Positions 7,965 to 15,884 of a DNA stretch of 16,557 bases are shown one piece after another (the stretch's first letter is position 1; every line of letters starts with the position of its first letter). The notes below the pieces were generated by a model. It searched no databases, was not told where the DNA came from, and saw only the letters and a list, made by a program, of their open reading frames with translations. A program made the position numbers and the translations under genes. The stretch is from Gemmatimonadota bacterium. Lineage in GTDB: Bacteria > Latescibacterota > UBA2968 > UBA8231. The stretch is taken from the NCBI GenBank assembly GCA_038153405.1, contig JAYOYH010000028.1:41821-58377 (forward strand). Reading direction: 5' to 3'.

Positions 7965-8000
7965 AGAGAGGGGCTTCTGACCGGAGCCCCTCTCTTTTCT
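7965..8000 (+). terminator. Intrinsic terminator after the SWIB gene
   Basis: AGAGAGGGGCTTC-TGACC-GGAGCCCCTCTCT followed by TTTCT. Confidence 0.8.
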
Positions 8001-8025
8001 CGTTGCACCCATAACGCGTTAACAT

Positions 8026-9057
8026 ATGGCTCTATTTCTCTTTGCCACCGGTACTGTTCTCCTGGTATCTTGCATATGCTCGCTGCTGGAGGCTGCGCTC
8101 TACTCGCTTCCCGTGAGCCAGATTGAGATACTTGCGCGCGACCAGCGGACGTCGGGCAAGATCCTCAAGAGACTGCACGAGGATATACAACGTCCCATAT
8201 CGGCCATTCTAACGCTGAACACGCTGGCCAATACGGGGGGCGCTGCTATTGCCGGTGCGGCCTTTGTCGGCGTGTTTCCACAAACGCCGGAGACCTATTT
8301 TACGCTGGCCATATCGCTGGGCGTGCTCGTATTCTCCGAGATTATTCCCAAGACGGCCGGCGTGGTGTATGCCCGTCCTCTCGCCCGTTTTATTGCCCAT
8401 CCCATCCAGTGGCTCGTCTGGCTGTTTTCTCCCTTTATCTGGCTCAATAATTTCATCACGAGGTTGATAATGCGCGGTGGTCAGACCTCAAAGGGGGTTA
8501 CGCCTGAGGAAATCGAGATCATTGCGCGCATGAGTCGTCAAGCTGGAGCGATTTCCCCCGAACAGGAGCGGGTGATCAGCAATATCATCAACTTGGAAAC
8601 GGTGCGCGCTCGGGAAATTATGACGCCGCGCACCGTGGTGTTTGCCCTCGATCGCAGTTTGAGCTTGGGCGAGGCGCGGCTGCAGGCAGGAGCTTGGACG
8701 CATACGCGCGTCCCACTCTACGACGGCGAACGGGAGAATATCGTTTCGCTGGTGCTGCGCCGAGACGTTTTTTCGGCCATTGCCGACGGCGGGGAAAACA
8801 AGAAACTCTCCGACATAGAGCGCCCGGTACACATCGTGCCCGAATCGGCGCGCGCTAGCCAACTGCTACAGGAGTATATAAAGCGGCGCGAGCACCTATT
8901 CGTCGCCATTGACGAATACGGCATATTCTCCGGTATTATAACGCTGGAAGACGTCATTGAGGCGATCGTCGGTCAGGAGATCGTCGGCGAATTCGATCTG
9001 GCTGTGGATATGCGCGAACGGGCACGCCGGCGCGGCCAGCATCTTCGAGAAGACTAG
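8026..9057 (+). CDS. CNNM/DUF21 transmembrane domain plus CBS pair protein (hemolysin/CorB-TlyC family, putative Mg2+/Co2+ transporter)
   Basis: CSLLEAALYS, ISAILTLNTLANT, LVFSEIIPKT, AREIMTPRT, HTRVPLY, IDEYGIFSGIITLEDVIEAIVGQEI. Confidence 0.92.
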   Translation: MALFLFATGTVLLVSCICSLLEAALYSLPVSQIEILARDQRTSGKILKRLHEDIQRPISAILTLNTLANTGGAAIAGAAFVGVFPQTPETYFTLAISLGVLVFSEIIPKTAGVVYARPLARFIAHPIQWLVWLFSPFIWLNNFITRLIMRGGQTSKGVTPEEIEIIARMSRQAGAISPEQERVISNIINLETVRAREIMTPRTVVFALDRSLSLGEARLQAGAWTHTRVPLYDGERENIVSLVLRRDVFSAIADGGENKKLSDIERPVHIVPESARASQLLQEYIKRREHLFVAIDEYGIFSGIITLEDVIEAIVGQEIVGEFDLAVDMRERARRRGQHLRED

Positions 9058-9193
9058 CTTCTATTCGGCAACGCCCTCGTTTCACGCGTTCGGTGTGCTC
9101 GGCACAGCCCTTTGCTGCGACGGCCGTTGCGGGACACTGTTGTGCGCAGTCGATCCCTTTGTCCACCCCATGTCCAAGGAGTAAATAGTCCAG

Positions 9194-10276
9194 ATGAAAG
9201 CGCTCGTCGCCCTCTCCGACGGCACGATATTCGAAGGCCGCGCCTTTGGCGCCCGCGGCGAAAGCTTCGGCGAAATGGTCTTTAATACCAGTATGACCGG
9301 CTATCAGGAGATACTTACGGATCCGTCCTATGCCGGGCAGATCGTCTCCATGACGTATCCGATGATTGGCAATTACGGCGTTAACGCAGAGGACGACGAG
9401 TCGTCGCATCCGCACGTGCGCGGTTTTATCGTCAAGGAGTGTGCGCGCGTCCACAGCAATTGGCGCGCTACACAGAGTCTGCCCGACTATCTGAACGAGC
9501 ATGGGATTGTCGGCGTAGAGGGTATTGACACGCGCGAGCTAACGCGGCGCGTGCGGATCCACGGCGTTATGGATGCGGCCATTTCTACCGAAGATCTGGA
9601 TCCCGAGAGCCTGCTGGCCAAGGCGCGTGCCTGGGAGGGGTTAGAGGGACGCGATATGGCGACGGAGGTGAGCTGTAGCGAGGCCTATGTCGCTTCGCCT
9701 GACAGTCCGCGCTTTCACGTAGTGGCCTACGACTTCGGCATCAAGCGCAATATTGTGCGCTGTCTCAACGCCGTGGGCTGCAAAGTTACGGTGGTGCCGG
9801 CTCGCACGCCGGCAGAGGAGGCGCTGGCGCTGAAACCCGACGGCATCTTCTTGTCGAACGGACCCGGCGATCCGCGCCCGTTGGACTATGCCATAGAGAC
9901 GACGCGGCAGTTGGTTGGCAAGAAGCCGCTCTTTGGCATCTGTCTCGGTCACGAAATACTCGGTTTGGCCTTTGGCGCGCAGATTTTCCGCCTCAAATTT
10001 GGTCATCGTGGTGCCAACCAGCCGATTCGCGAACACGCGACGGGTCGCATACTTATCACATCGGAAAACCACGGCTGGGGCATAGAAGCCGAATCGCTGC
10101 CGGATGAGCTGGAAGTCACCCGAATCAACCTCAACGACCAGTGCGTCGAGGGCATGCAGCACCGCGAGCTGCCGATTTTCTCCATTCAGTGCCACCCGGA
10201 AGCATCGCCGGGTCCGCACGACAGCTTTCATCTATTTGAGCACTTTGCCGAACTCATGGAAAAGCACGTCGCCTGA
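9194..10276 (+). CDS. carA: Carbamoyl-phosphate synthase small (glutaminase) subunit
   Basis: GEMVFNTSMTGYQEILTDPSYAGQ, YPMIGNYG, GIDTRELTR, DFGIKRNI, LSNGPGDP, FGICLGH, FGHRGANQP, HPEASPGPHD. AAGGAG RBS. Confidence 0.97.
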   Translation: MKALVALSDGTIFEGRAFGARGESFGEMVFNTSMTGYQEILTDPSYAGQIVSMTYPMIGNYGVNAEDDESSHPHVRGFIVKECARVHSNWRATQSLPDYLNEHGIVGVEGIDTRELTRRVRIHGVMDAAISTEDLDPESLLAKARAWEGLEGRDMATEVSCSEAYVASPDSPRFHVVAYDFGIKRNIVRCLNAVGCKVTVVPARTPAEEALALKPDGIFLSNGPGDPRPLDYAIETTRQLVGKKPLFGICLGHEILGLAFGAQIFRLKFGHRGANQPIREHATGRILITSENHGWGIEAESLPDELEVTRINLNDQCVEGMQHRELPIFSIQCHPEASPGPHDSFHLFEHFAELMEKHVA

Positions 10277-10298
10277 ATTGCCCGTCTGATATTCGCTG

Positions 10299-10345
10299 AG
10301 ACGCATTGGGCCCCGCGGCTGCGCGCTGCGGGGCTCTGCGTTTTT
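10299..10345 (+). terminator. Probable intrinsic terminator after carA
   Basis: Outer pair ACGCA/TGCGT and inner stem GGCCCCGCGGC-TGCGC-GCTGCGGGGCT, followed by TTTTT. Confidence 0.6.
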
Positions 10346-10435
10346 AGGACTCAAATGGGTTGCTTGACCGACGCCGCGTATGGTGTTTTTATAGTCGCCG
10401 TTTTCCGCGCGCATTTCTTCCCATAGGAGGCGGCT

Positions 10436-11482
10436 ATGCCCACGATTCAACACGAGGCTCTCAACGACCTCGTCTTCCGCATCTTCCATGCCACCGGTAT
10501 TCCCGAGGCGGACGCCCGCATCGTGGCCGACCATCTCGTCAACAGCCAGCTATATGGGCACGACTCGCACGGCACGTGGTTTACGCCGGCCTACGCGCGC
10601 GGCATGCTCGCCGGCTATCGGCGCTGGGAGGATCACGAGGTGCTGCGCGACAATCCGGTGCTGCGCGTGATCGACGCCAAGGGGGCCAACGGCATTGTAT
10701 CGGTAACGCGGGCTCTGGATATCGCCGTGGAGAAAGCGGAGAAATCGACCTTTGGCTTTGTCGGACTCAGCAATACCACCCATATTGGCCGCCTCGGCGA
10801 CTACCCGCCACGGATGGCTGAAAGGGGCATGATTGGCATGGTTTGGCTCAACGGCGGCGGCGTATTTCTGGCGCCGTTTGGCTCAGCCGATCGCCGCCTG
10901 CGCCCCGAGCCCATCGCCTTTTCTGCGCCGCGTAAGAACGGACCCCCATTTATGCTCGATATGACGATGACGGTTGTGGCCGGCGGCAAAATCGAGCAGA
11001 AGTTTATACGCGGTGAGCAGATGCCGGATGGCTGGGTGATCGATCCACAGGGCAACAGCGTCAGCGATCCGGCGCGCTATAAAGACGATCCAGAAAACAC
11101 GGGTGTGCTGCCGCTGGGCGGCATGCAGTTTGGCCACAAGGGCTATGGTCTGGGTATGATGGTGGAGATGCTGGTCGGCCCACTATCGCACGCCGGGTGC
11201 ACCAAGGCGGCCAGCGGGACCGGTGGAGGCGTGATGATTCTGGCCATCAATATAGAGGATTTCATCGAGCTAGCCAGCTACGAAGAAGAGGTCGAGGCGC
11301 TGGCCGAATGGGTGTGTTCGGCGCGCCCGCTGCCCGGCTTCGACAAGGTGTATACGCCCGGTCAGATCGAAGAAGAAACCTACGCGCGGCTGATCAGCGA
11401 AGGCATTGATTTACCGGAGCCGACGTGGAAGGCCATCGGTGAAATAGCCGGTGAGCTGGGCGTCGAGATGCCGCAGGTATAG
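10436..11482 (+). CDS. Ldh_2-family oxidoreductase (type-2 malate/L-lactate/L-sulfolactate/ureidoglycolate dehydrogenase family; YbiC/ComC-like)
   Basis: 348 aa: ARIVADHLV, GHDSHG, HIGRLGDY, APFG, PFMLDM, LPLGG, GHKGYGL, VYTPG. AGGAGG RBS. Confidence 0.92.
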   Translation: MPTIQHEALNDLVFRIFHATGIPEADARIVADHLVNSQLYGHDSHGTWFTPAYARGMLAGYRRWEDHEVLRDNPVLRVIDAKGANGIVSVTRALDIAVEKAEKSTFGFVGLSNTTHIGRLGDYPPRMAERGMIGMVWLNGGGVFLAPFGSADRRLRPEPIAFSAPRKNGPPFMLDMTMTVVAGGKIEQKFIRGEQMPDGWVIDPQGNSVSDPARYKDDPENTGVLPLGGMQFGHKGYGLGMMVEMLVGPLSHAGCTKAASGTGGGVMILAINIEDFIELASYEEEVEALAEWVCSARPLPGFDKVYTPGQIEEETYARLISEGIDLPEPTWKAIGEIAGELGVEMPQV

Positions 11483-11635
11483 TGCGCCGCTCGCTATGGG
11501 CAAACCAGTATATCCCATATGGCGCTGCCGTCGGGAGTGCGTACTGTGTGCACGAGCTGCCAATCGGTTGTACTTACGTAGGTGCGTGCTTCGCCCGCAA
11601 AGGCAATGAGTGCCCTGTTGGACCGTGTATGCGCA

Positions 11636-14335
11636 TCACATGGAAACGCCGAGCAAGCCGCGCGAAAACTGGAAATCGGCGTTGCCCTGGCGTCGCGCCT
11701 TAGCTTCGTAGCGCCGCGAGGCGGCCCGCGCCAGCAGGTCGAGCAGTTGCGCCGCCCAATCGGCGGGATCGCCGTCTAACACCAAGTCTAGATCCTGGCC
11801 AAAGTGCATCTGCACGTGTTTATCGGCAGAGAACTGCAGCAGTGGAACCAACGGGTGTCCCTGTAGCGGATGTTCACCGGCGTGGGCCAACATGAGTTCG
11901 ACGCCGGTTGCCGCTATACCGGTCAGCGTTTCCGTCCAGTGCTCGGTCTGTGTTTCCATGATATGCAAGCCCGGGCCCGGTGCGCGCTCGCCGTAGGACA
12001 GCGAGGGGCGCGGCTCGATACCGACTAAGCCGCCGTCGACAAAAACGGGCTCGGCCAGCAGCGCGTCGCTGGCGGGTGCGACGACGAGCCCGCCGCTGCC
12101 GGCAATCCAACGCGTCAGTTTTTCCATCGCCTCCGCCGCGCCCTGTGGCAGTGGTCCCGAGCTAAGCAGTGCAACGTTGAGCCCTTCAAGTCCCACGCTG
12201 CCCGTGTCGAGCGGTGCGTAGTGCTGTAATTCGCTGGCAAAGTACGCCTCTACGCGCTCAACGGCTGCGTCAATGCCACCGTCCATCTGCACGCTAGCCC
12301 ATCCAAAGCGCGCTTCGTCCACGCCCAGGGCACGCAGGTGCTGGCGCATGTAATCGTTGTGCGTTTTCTCGCAGCCGTGCTCTAGGAGGAGCGCCGGGCC
12401 GACGAGCGGATGCAACAGGTAGCTGACCATCGAGCGGGCGAACATGGCTTCTGCCGTAGTCCCCGCCACGCCGCAGCCCTCCGTATGCACGAGCGCGACA
12501 AAGCGAGAAATGCCGCGCTCGTTGCCCACGCCGCGCTCGTTGAGGCGTTCGGCAATCATGCGCGCTACTTGTCCCGAGCACAGGCTCGTTGGCAGAATGA
12601 GTCCCACTCGGTCGCTCGTCCACGCTCCGTCGCGACGAAGGGCGTCAATATGCACTTCGGGGACTCCGTCGACTTCGGGCCGTATACCGTAGCCATCCGG
12701 AGAGGGCGCGCTGCGCAGGGCTTCTAGTGCGTCGCTGTTTTTCTGCGGCCAATTGCGCCAAATCTGCACCTGTGCATGCCCGGCCCGCTCCCCTTTTGAA
12801 CGCTGTCCGCCGGCTACGGCCACCGTCAGATCGAGCATCGAAGCACCTAACTCGTCCATGGGGGTGCCATCCTGGTAGGCGCCGGCGTTGACGTCCATAT
12901 CGCGCTCGAGCATCTCGAAGCGCTGGGTCGTCGTAACGACTTTGAGCGTGGGCACAAAGGGAAAGTTGGTAATCGAGCCGTTGCCGGTAACGAAAAAGAT
13001 GGCGTTGCAACCGGCAGCGACCTGTCCGGCAATGCTCTCGAGGTCGTTGCCGGGACTGTCCATGAAGTAGTAGCCGGAATCGCGCATGGGCTCGCCGTAT
13101 TCGATGCAGTAGTCGAGGCGGGTGTCCGGATGGCGCTTCATGGCAGCGCCGATCGATTTGAGGACGATGTTATACAGGCCGCGAAACTTGTTGCCGCCGG
13201 ACGGATTGCCTTCGGCGGACTCTCCGTGCCAAGCTACGCGCTCTTTAAAACGCTCAACCATGGTTAAGAAGCGCTGTGCGGTATCGGCGTCGCGCACGTT
13301 TTGCAAGACATAGGGCTCAGCACCGATCAGTTCGTCGGTTTCGGCCAGATTGGCACCGCCGCCGTAGCGAATCACCTCTTTGGCCACCCATGAGACGAGT
13401 GGGTTGCCGGATACACCGGAAAAGGCGTCCGAACCGCCGCACTGGAGGGCGATGCGCAAATGGGCCAGCGATTCGGCCGTGCGCACGTTGGCATCTACGG
13501 TGGGAAGCCAGGCGCGGATCTGTTCCTCAGCCGTTTGCAGTTGATCGACAAAATTCCGCTCGATGCGCATAAAGCGGTGCGGAACGGCATCCAACGGGTA
13601 GCCATTCTCCTCCATGTAGGCGCGCAGCGCCGCATTATTGACGGCTTCGCTGCCGTAGTCGACGGCCAGAACAGCGCCAATATTGGGGTGCACCATAAAG
13701 CCGGCCAGCGTGCGCAACAGCAGTTCGCGATTGTTGGGCTCGCTGCGACCACCACCTTCGGTGTGCGCCACGGCAACGACGCCGTCGATGTGCTCGTGAC
13801 TGGCAGCCACCTTGTGCGTCATCGCAGCCAACTGGCGCGCAAAGCCGGTCGTGCGCGATGACGTGCCCAACACGGCGATGTAGTTGCGCGTTCCCACGCC
13901 GCGTCCGCCTGGGCGCTTGTAGCCCATAAACGTTCGTTCGTCCCCGTGTGGAGTGAGCGCTCGCCCTGGAAAAAATGCGCTGGAGTCGAGCACGTAGGGC
14001 TCTATGTAATCGGCGAAATTGGCCGAAGGCGGCAGCGCGAAATCGATCGATCGCCCGCGCAGCGCTTCCAACATGCCCGCGTTGCACACGTAGTTACCGG
14101 GTTCAATGGTGTGTAGCGCTCGCCCGAACGGCAGGCCCCATGACAGCAACTTATCGCCGCGCGCAATCTCTTCAACGGCAAAGCGATGGCCCTCCATCAC
14201 GGTGTGGTTTAGGCTGAACAGACCATCGCCGTGGCGTATCTGGCTACCTGCTTCAAGCCGCTGAACGGCTATGGCTACGTTGTCTCCCGGCAGGGGCAGG
14301 CGGCCAACTTGTGCAAAATCGAATGTGTGACTCAT
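11636..14335 (-). CDS. UxaA/GarD (altronate/galactarate dehydratase) family protein, 899 aa: SAF domain plus two tandem catalytic-region copies
   Basis: Start ATG 14335 (MSHTFDF) with GAGGA RBS, 8 nt after the aroC stop. N-terminal DNVAIA...GHRFA...WGLPFG SAF domain, then [33 protein letters not shown] second copy carries PTSLC, HTEGC and HGCE. Confidence 0.9.
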   Translation of the reverse strand: MSHTFDFAQVGRLPLPGDNVAIAVQRLEAGSQIRHGDGLFSLNHTVMEGHRFAVEEIARGDKLLSWGLPFGRALHTIEPGNYVCNAGMLEALRGRSIDFALPPSANFADYIEPYVLDSSAFFPGRALTPHGDERTFMGYKRPGGRGVGTRNYIAVLGTSSRTTGFARQLAAMTHKVAASHEHIDGVVAVAHTEGGGRSEPNNRELLLRTLAGFMVHPNIGAVLAVDYGSEAVNNAALRAYMEENGYPLDAVPHRFMRIERNFVDQLQTAEEQIRAWLPTVDANVRTAESLAHLRIALQCGGSDAFSGVSGNPLVSWVAKEVIRYGGGANLAETDELIGAEPYVLQNVRDADTAQRFLTMVERFKERVAWHGESAEGNPSGGNKFRGLYNIVLKSIGAAMKRHPDTRLDYCIEYGEPMRDSGYYFMDSPGNDLESIAGQVAAGCNAIFFVTGNGSITNFPFVPTLKVVTTTQRFEMLERDMDVNAGAYQDGTPMDELGASMLDLTVAVAGGQRSKGERAGHAQVQIWRNWPQKNSDALEALRSAPSPDGYGIRPEVDGVPEVHIDALRRDGAWTSDRVGLILPTSLCSGQVARMIAERLNERGVGNERGISRFVALVHTEGCGVAGTTAEAMFARSMVSYLLHPLVGPALLLEHGCEKTHNDYMRQHLRALGVDEARFGWASVQMDGGIDAAVERVEAYFASELQHYAPLDTGSVGLEGLNVALLSSGPLPQGAAEAMEKLTRWIAGSGGLVVAPASDALLAEPVFVDGGLVGIEPRPSLSYGERAPGPGLHIMETQTEHWTETLTGIAATGVELMLAHAGEHPLQGHPLVPLLQFSADKHVQMHFGQDLDLVLDGDPADWAAQLLDLLARAASRRYEAKARRQGNADFQFSRGLLGVSM

Positions 14336-14343
14336 AGATGTCC

Positions 14344-15588
14344 TCAGAAGAGCTTGAATTTGTCGGGGTCGATGAAGTTCGCCTGCCGCACTAGTGCGGC
14401 ATTGAGTAGCTCGATAGCCACGCGCGACTCCAGCGTGACGCCGGCGCGCACGCCGAGGCAGGGATCGTGCCGTCCTTTGCGCAGCTCGAAGTCGACTTCC
14501 GAAAAATCTTTGCGCACGGACTGCTGTTTCAACGCAATGGTCGAAGTCGGCTTGAAGCTGACGCGGCACACTAGTGGCTTGCCAGTAGTTATACCGCCGA
14601 GCAGTCCGCCATGGTTGTTACTCGTATAGCCGCTGTGGCGAATGGGATCGTTGTTTTCGCTGCCCAAGCGCTCTGCCACGTGCGCTCCGGCGCCGATTTC
14701 GCAGGCCTGTACGGCGTGCAAGCCGCCGAGGCTGCCCATGAGGCGCATTTTAAGGCTTTCGTATAGCGGAGCCCCGACCAACGCGGGGACATTGACGGCG
14801 ACCACTTCGACGGCCGACCCCAGCGAGTCTTTGGCCTTGCGCGTCTGCGCTATAAGTTCGGCGGCCTGTTCGACGAAGCGACCGTCAATCGAATAAATGG
14901 CCGCCTGTGCCAGTTCGCTCTCCAACGCTCGGGCCCCCCCTTCGTCCATGCGACCGTCGGGGGTGCACAGCGCAGCCACTCGGTCGGATAAGTTTTCTGT
15001 TGCCCGCAGCGGGCCTACCTGGCAAATGGAAGAGAAGATATAGGTGGTGAAGTACTGGTGCAGCGCAGTGCGCGCGATCGATCCGCCAATGACGTCGGAA
15101 ATGGTCGACCGGTAGCTCGATCGTCCTCCGCCGCGCACGTCGACGTGACCGCCGGATTGGTAGTGTTTGACCAAGTCTGTATGTCCGGGCCGCACCTCGC
15201 CCCGCTCGCCGGCAAACTGTTCGTAGTCGGCTGAGCGCTTGGCGGCTGAAAGCACAATAGCCGCAACGGGTTCTCCGGAGGTGTAGCCGGCTTCGTAGGC
15301 TTGGGTTTCCAATGTGGCACCATCGGCCTGCAGAGCGAGCTGTGGGCCGCCAAGAAGGCGTTGGTGGTCTTCACTATACAATCCGGAAAGAAATACGACC
15401 TTGTCATCTTCGCGGCGCGGGGTTCCCAATTTGTTGCCGCCGGGCCGACGGCGGTCCAAGTAGTGCTGCACGCGCGCGCGCTCTACCCACACGCCCTGAG
15501 GACAACCCAGCACGGTCGTCGTTATGGCCGGTCCATGCGATTCCCCCGCACCGACCACGCCAAAGAGCGGACCTCCCAATATTTCCAT
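14344..15588 (-). CDS. aroC: Chorismate synthase (divergent, 414 aa)
   Basis: GESHG, RRRPG, RPGHTD, RGGGRSSYR, NNHGGLLGGIT, FKPTSTI, GRHDPC. AAGGA RBS. Confidence 0.92.
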   Translation of the reverse strand: MEILGGPLFGVVGAGESHGPAITTTVLGCPQGVWVERARVQHYLDRRRPGGNKLGTPRREDDKVVFLSGLYSEDHQRLLGGPQLALQADGATLETQAYEAGYTSGEPVAAIVLSAAKRSADYEQFAGERGEVRPGHTDLVKHYQSGGHVDVRGGGRSSYRSTISDVIGGSIARTALHQYFTTYIFSSICQVGPLRATENLSDRVAALCTPDGRMDEGGARALESELAQAAIYSIDGRFVEQAAELIAQTRKAKDSLGSAVEVVAVNVPALVGAPLYESLKMRLMGSLGGLHAVQACEIGAGAHVAERLGSENNDPIRHSGYTSNNHGGLLGGITTGKPLVCRVSFKPTSTIALKQQSVRKDFSEVDFELRKGRHDPCLGVRAGVTLESRVAIELLNAALVRQANFIDPDKFKLF

Positions 15589-15738
15589 GTATGATTCCTT
15601 TTTTAGCGATCACAATGTACGATTTGCCCCTCGGTGAATCAATTCGCCGGAAATGGATCGTATAAAACAGGTGTACCGGCGGAGCCAATGCGGTCGAAAA
15701 GAATGGAAGTATGACGTATGTGCTTGATAAATAACCAA

Positions 15739-15767
15739 ATGACTGTTTGGAAATCCCGGGGTATAAT
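15739..15767 (+). promoter_or_regulatory. Putative upstream sigma70 promoter for the 15885 gene
   Basis: ATGACT (15739-15744), 17-nt spacer, TATAAT (15762-15767). Confidence 0.5.
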
Positions 15768-15790
15768 TTTATGCTATTTCCTGGCTGGGT

Positions 15791-15833
15791 TGTGATATTA
15801 CTCACACTAACCGAGCGTTTTTTTTGCTATATT
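15791..15833 (+). promoter_or_regulatory. CRP/FNR-family binding site (TGTGA-N6-TCACA) plus extended -10, class II geometry
   Basis: TGTGA-TATTAC-TCACA at 15791-15806; TG-C-TATATT at 15825-15833; no good -35. The site centre falls at -41.5 if the -10 hexamer spans -12 to -7. Confidence 0.65.
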
Positions 15834-15884
15834 TATAGTTAGCGTTGTTGAAAAACGCGATTCTCACATCGTAAGGAGGAGATC

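Noticed and set aside
9058..9193. PyrR-type attenuator or structured leader before carA (possible stems at 9102-9145)
   Set aside because: No PyrR-binding consensus or U-tract terminator; the stems rely on G-U pairs and could arise by chance in GC-rich DNA.
9194..10276. carA without adjacent carB
   Set aside because: Separated carA and carB genes are common, and the catalytic Cys and His-Pro-Glu are intact.
11483..11635. GGCAAACC near 11499 as a c-di-GMP-I riboswitch; short ORFs 11482..11703 and 11582..11779
   Set aside because: The rest of the riboswitch consensus is absent and the region lies between convergent 3' ends. The ORFs lack an RBS and overlap the UxaA-family gene antisense.
14336..14569. 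N-terminal extension of the 977-aa ORF 11636..14569
   Set aside because: Overlaps the 3' end of aroC in another frame and has no family similarity. ATG 14335 has a GAGGA RBS and begins the SAF domain.
15724..15738. FNR box TTGAT-N4-ATCAA
   Set aside because: Only the left half-site matches; the right half matches 3 of 5.
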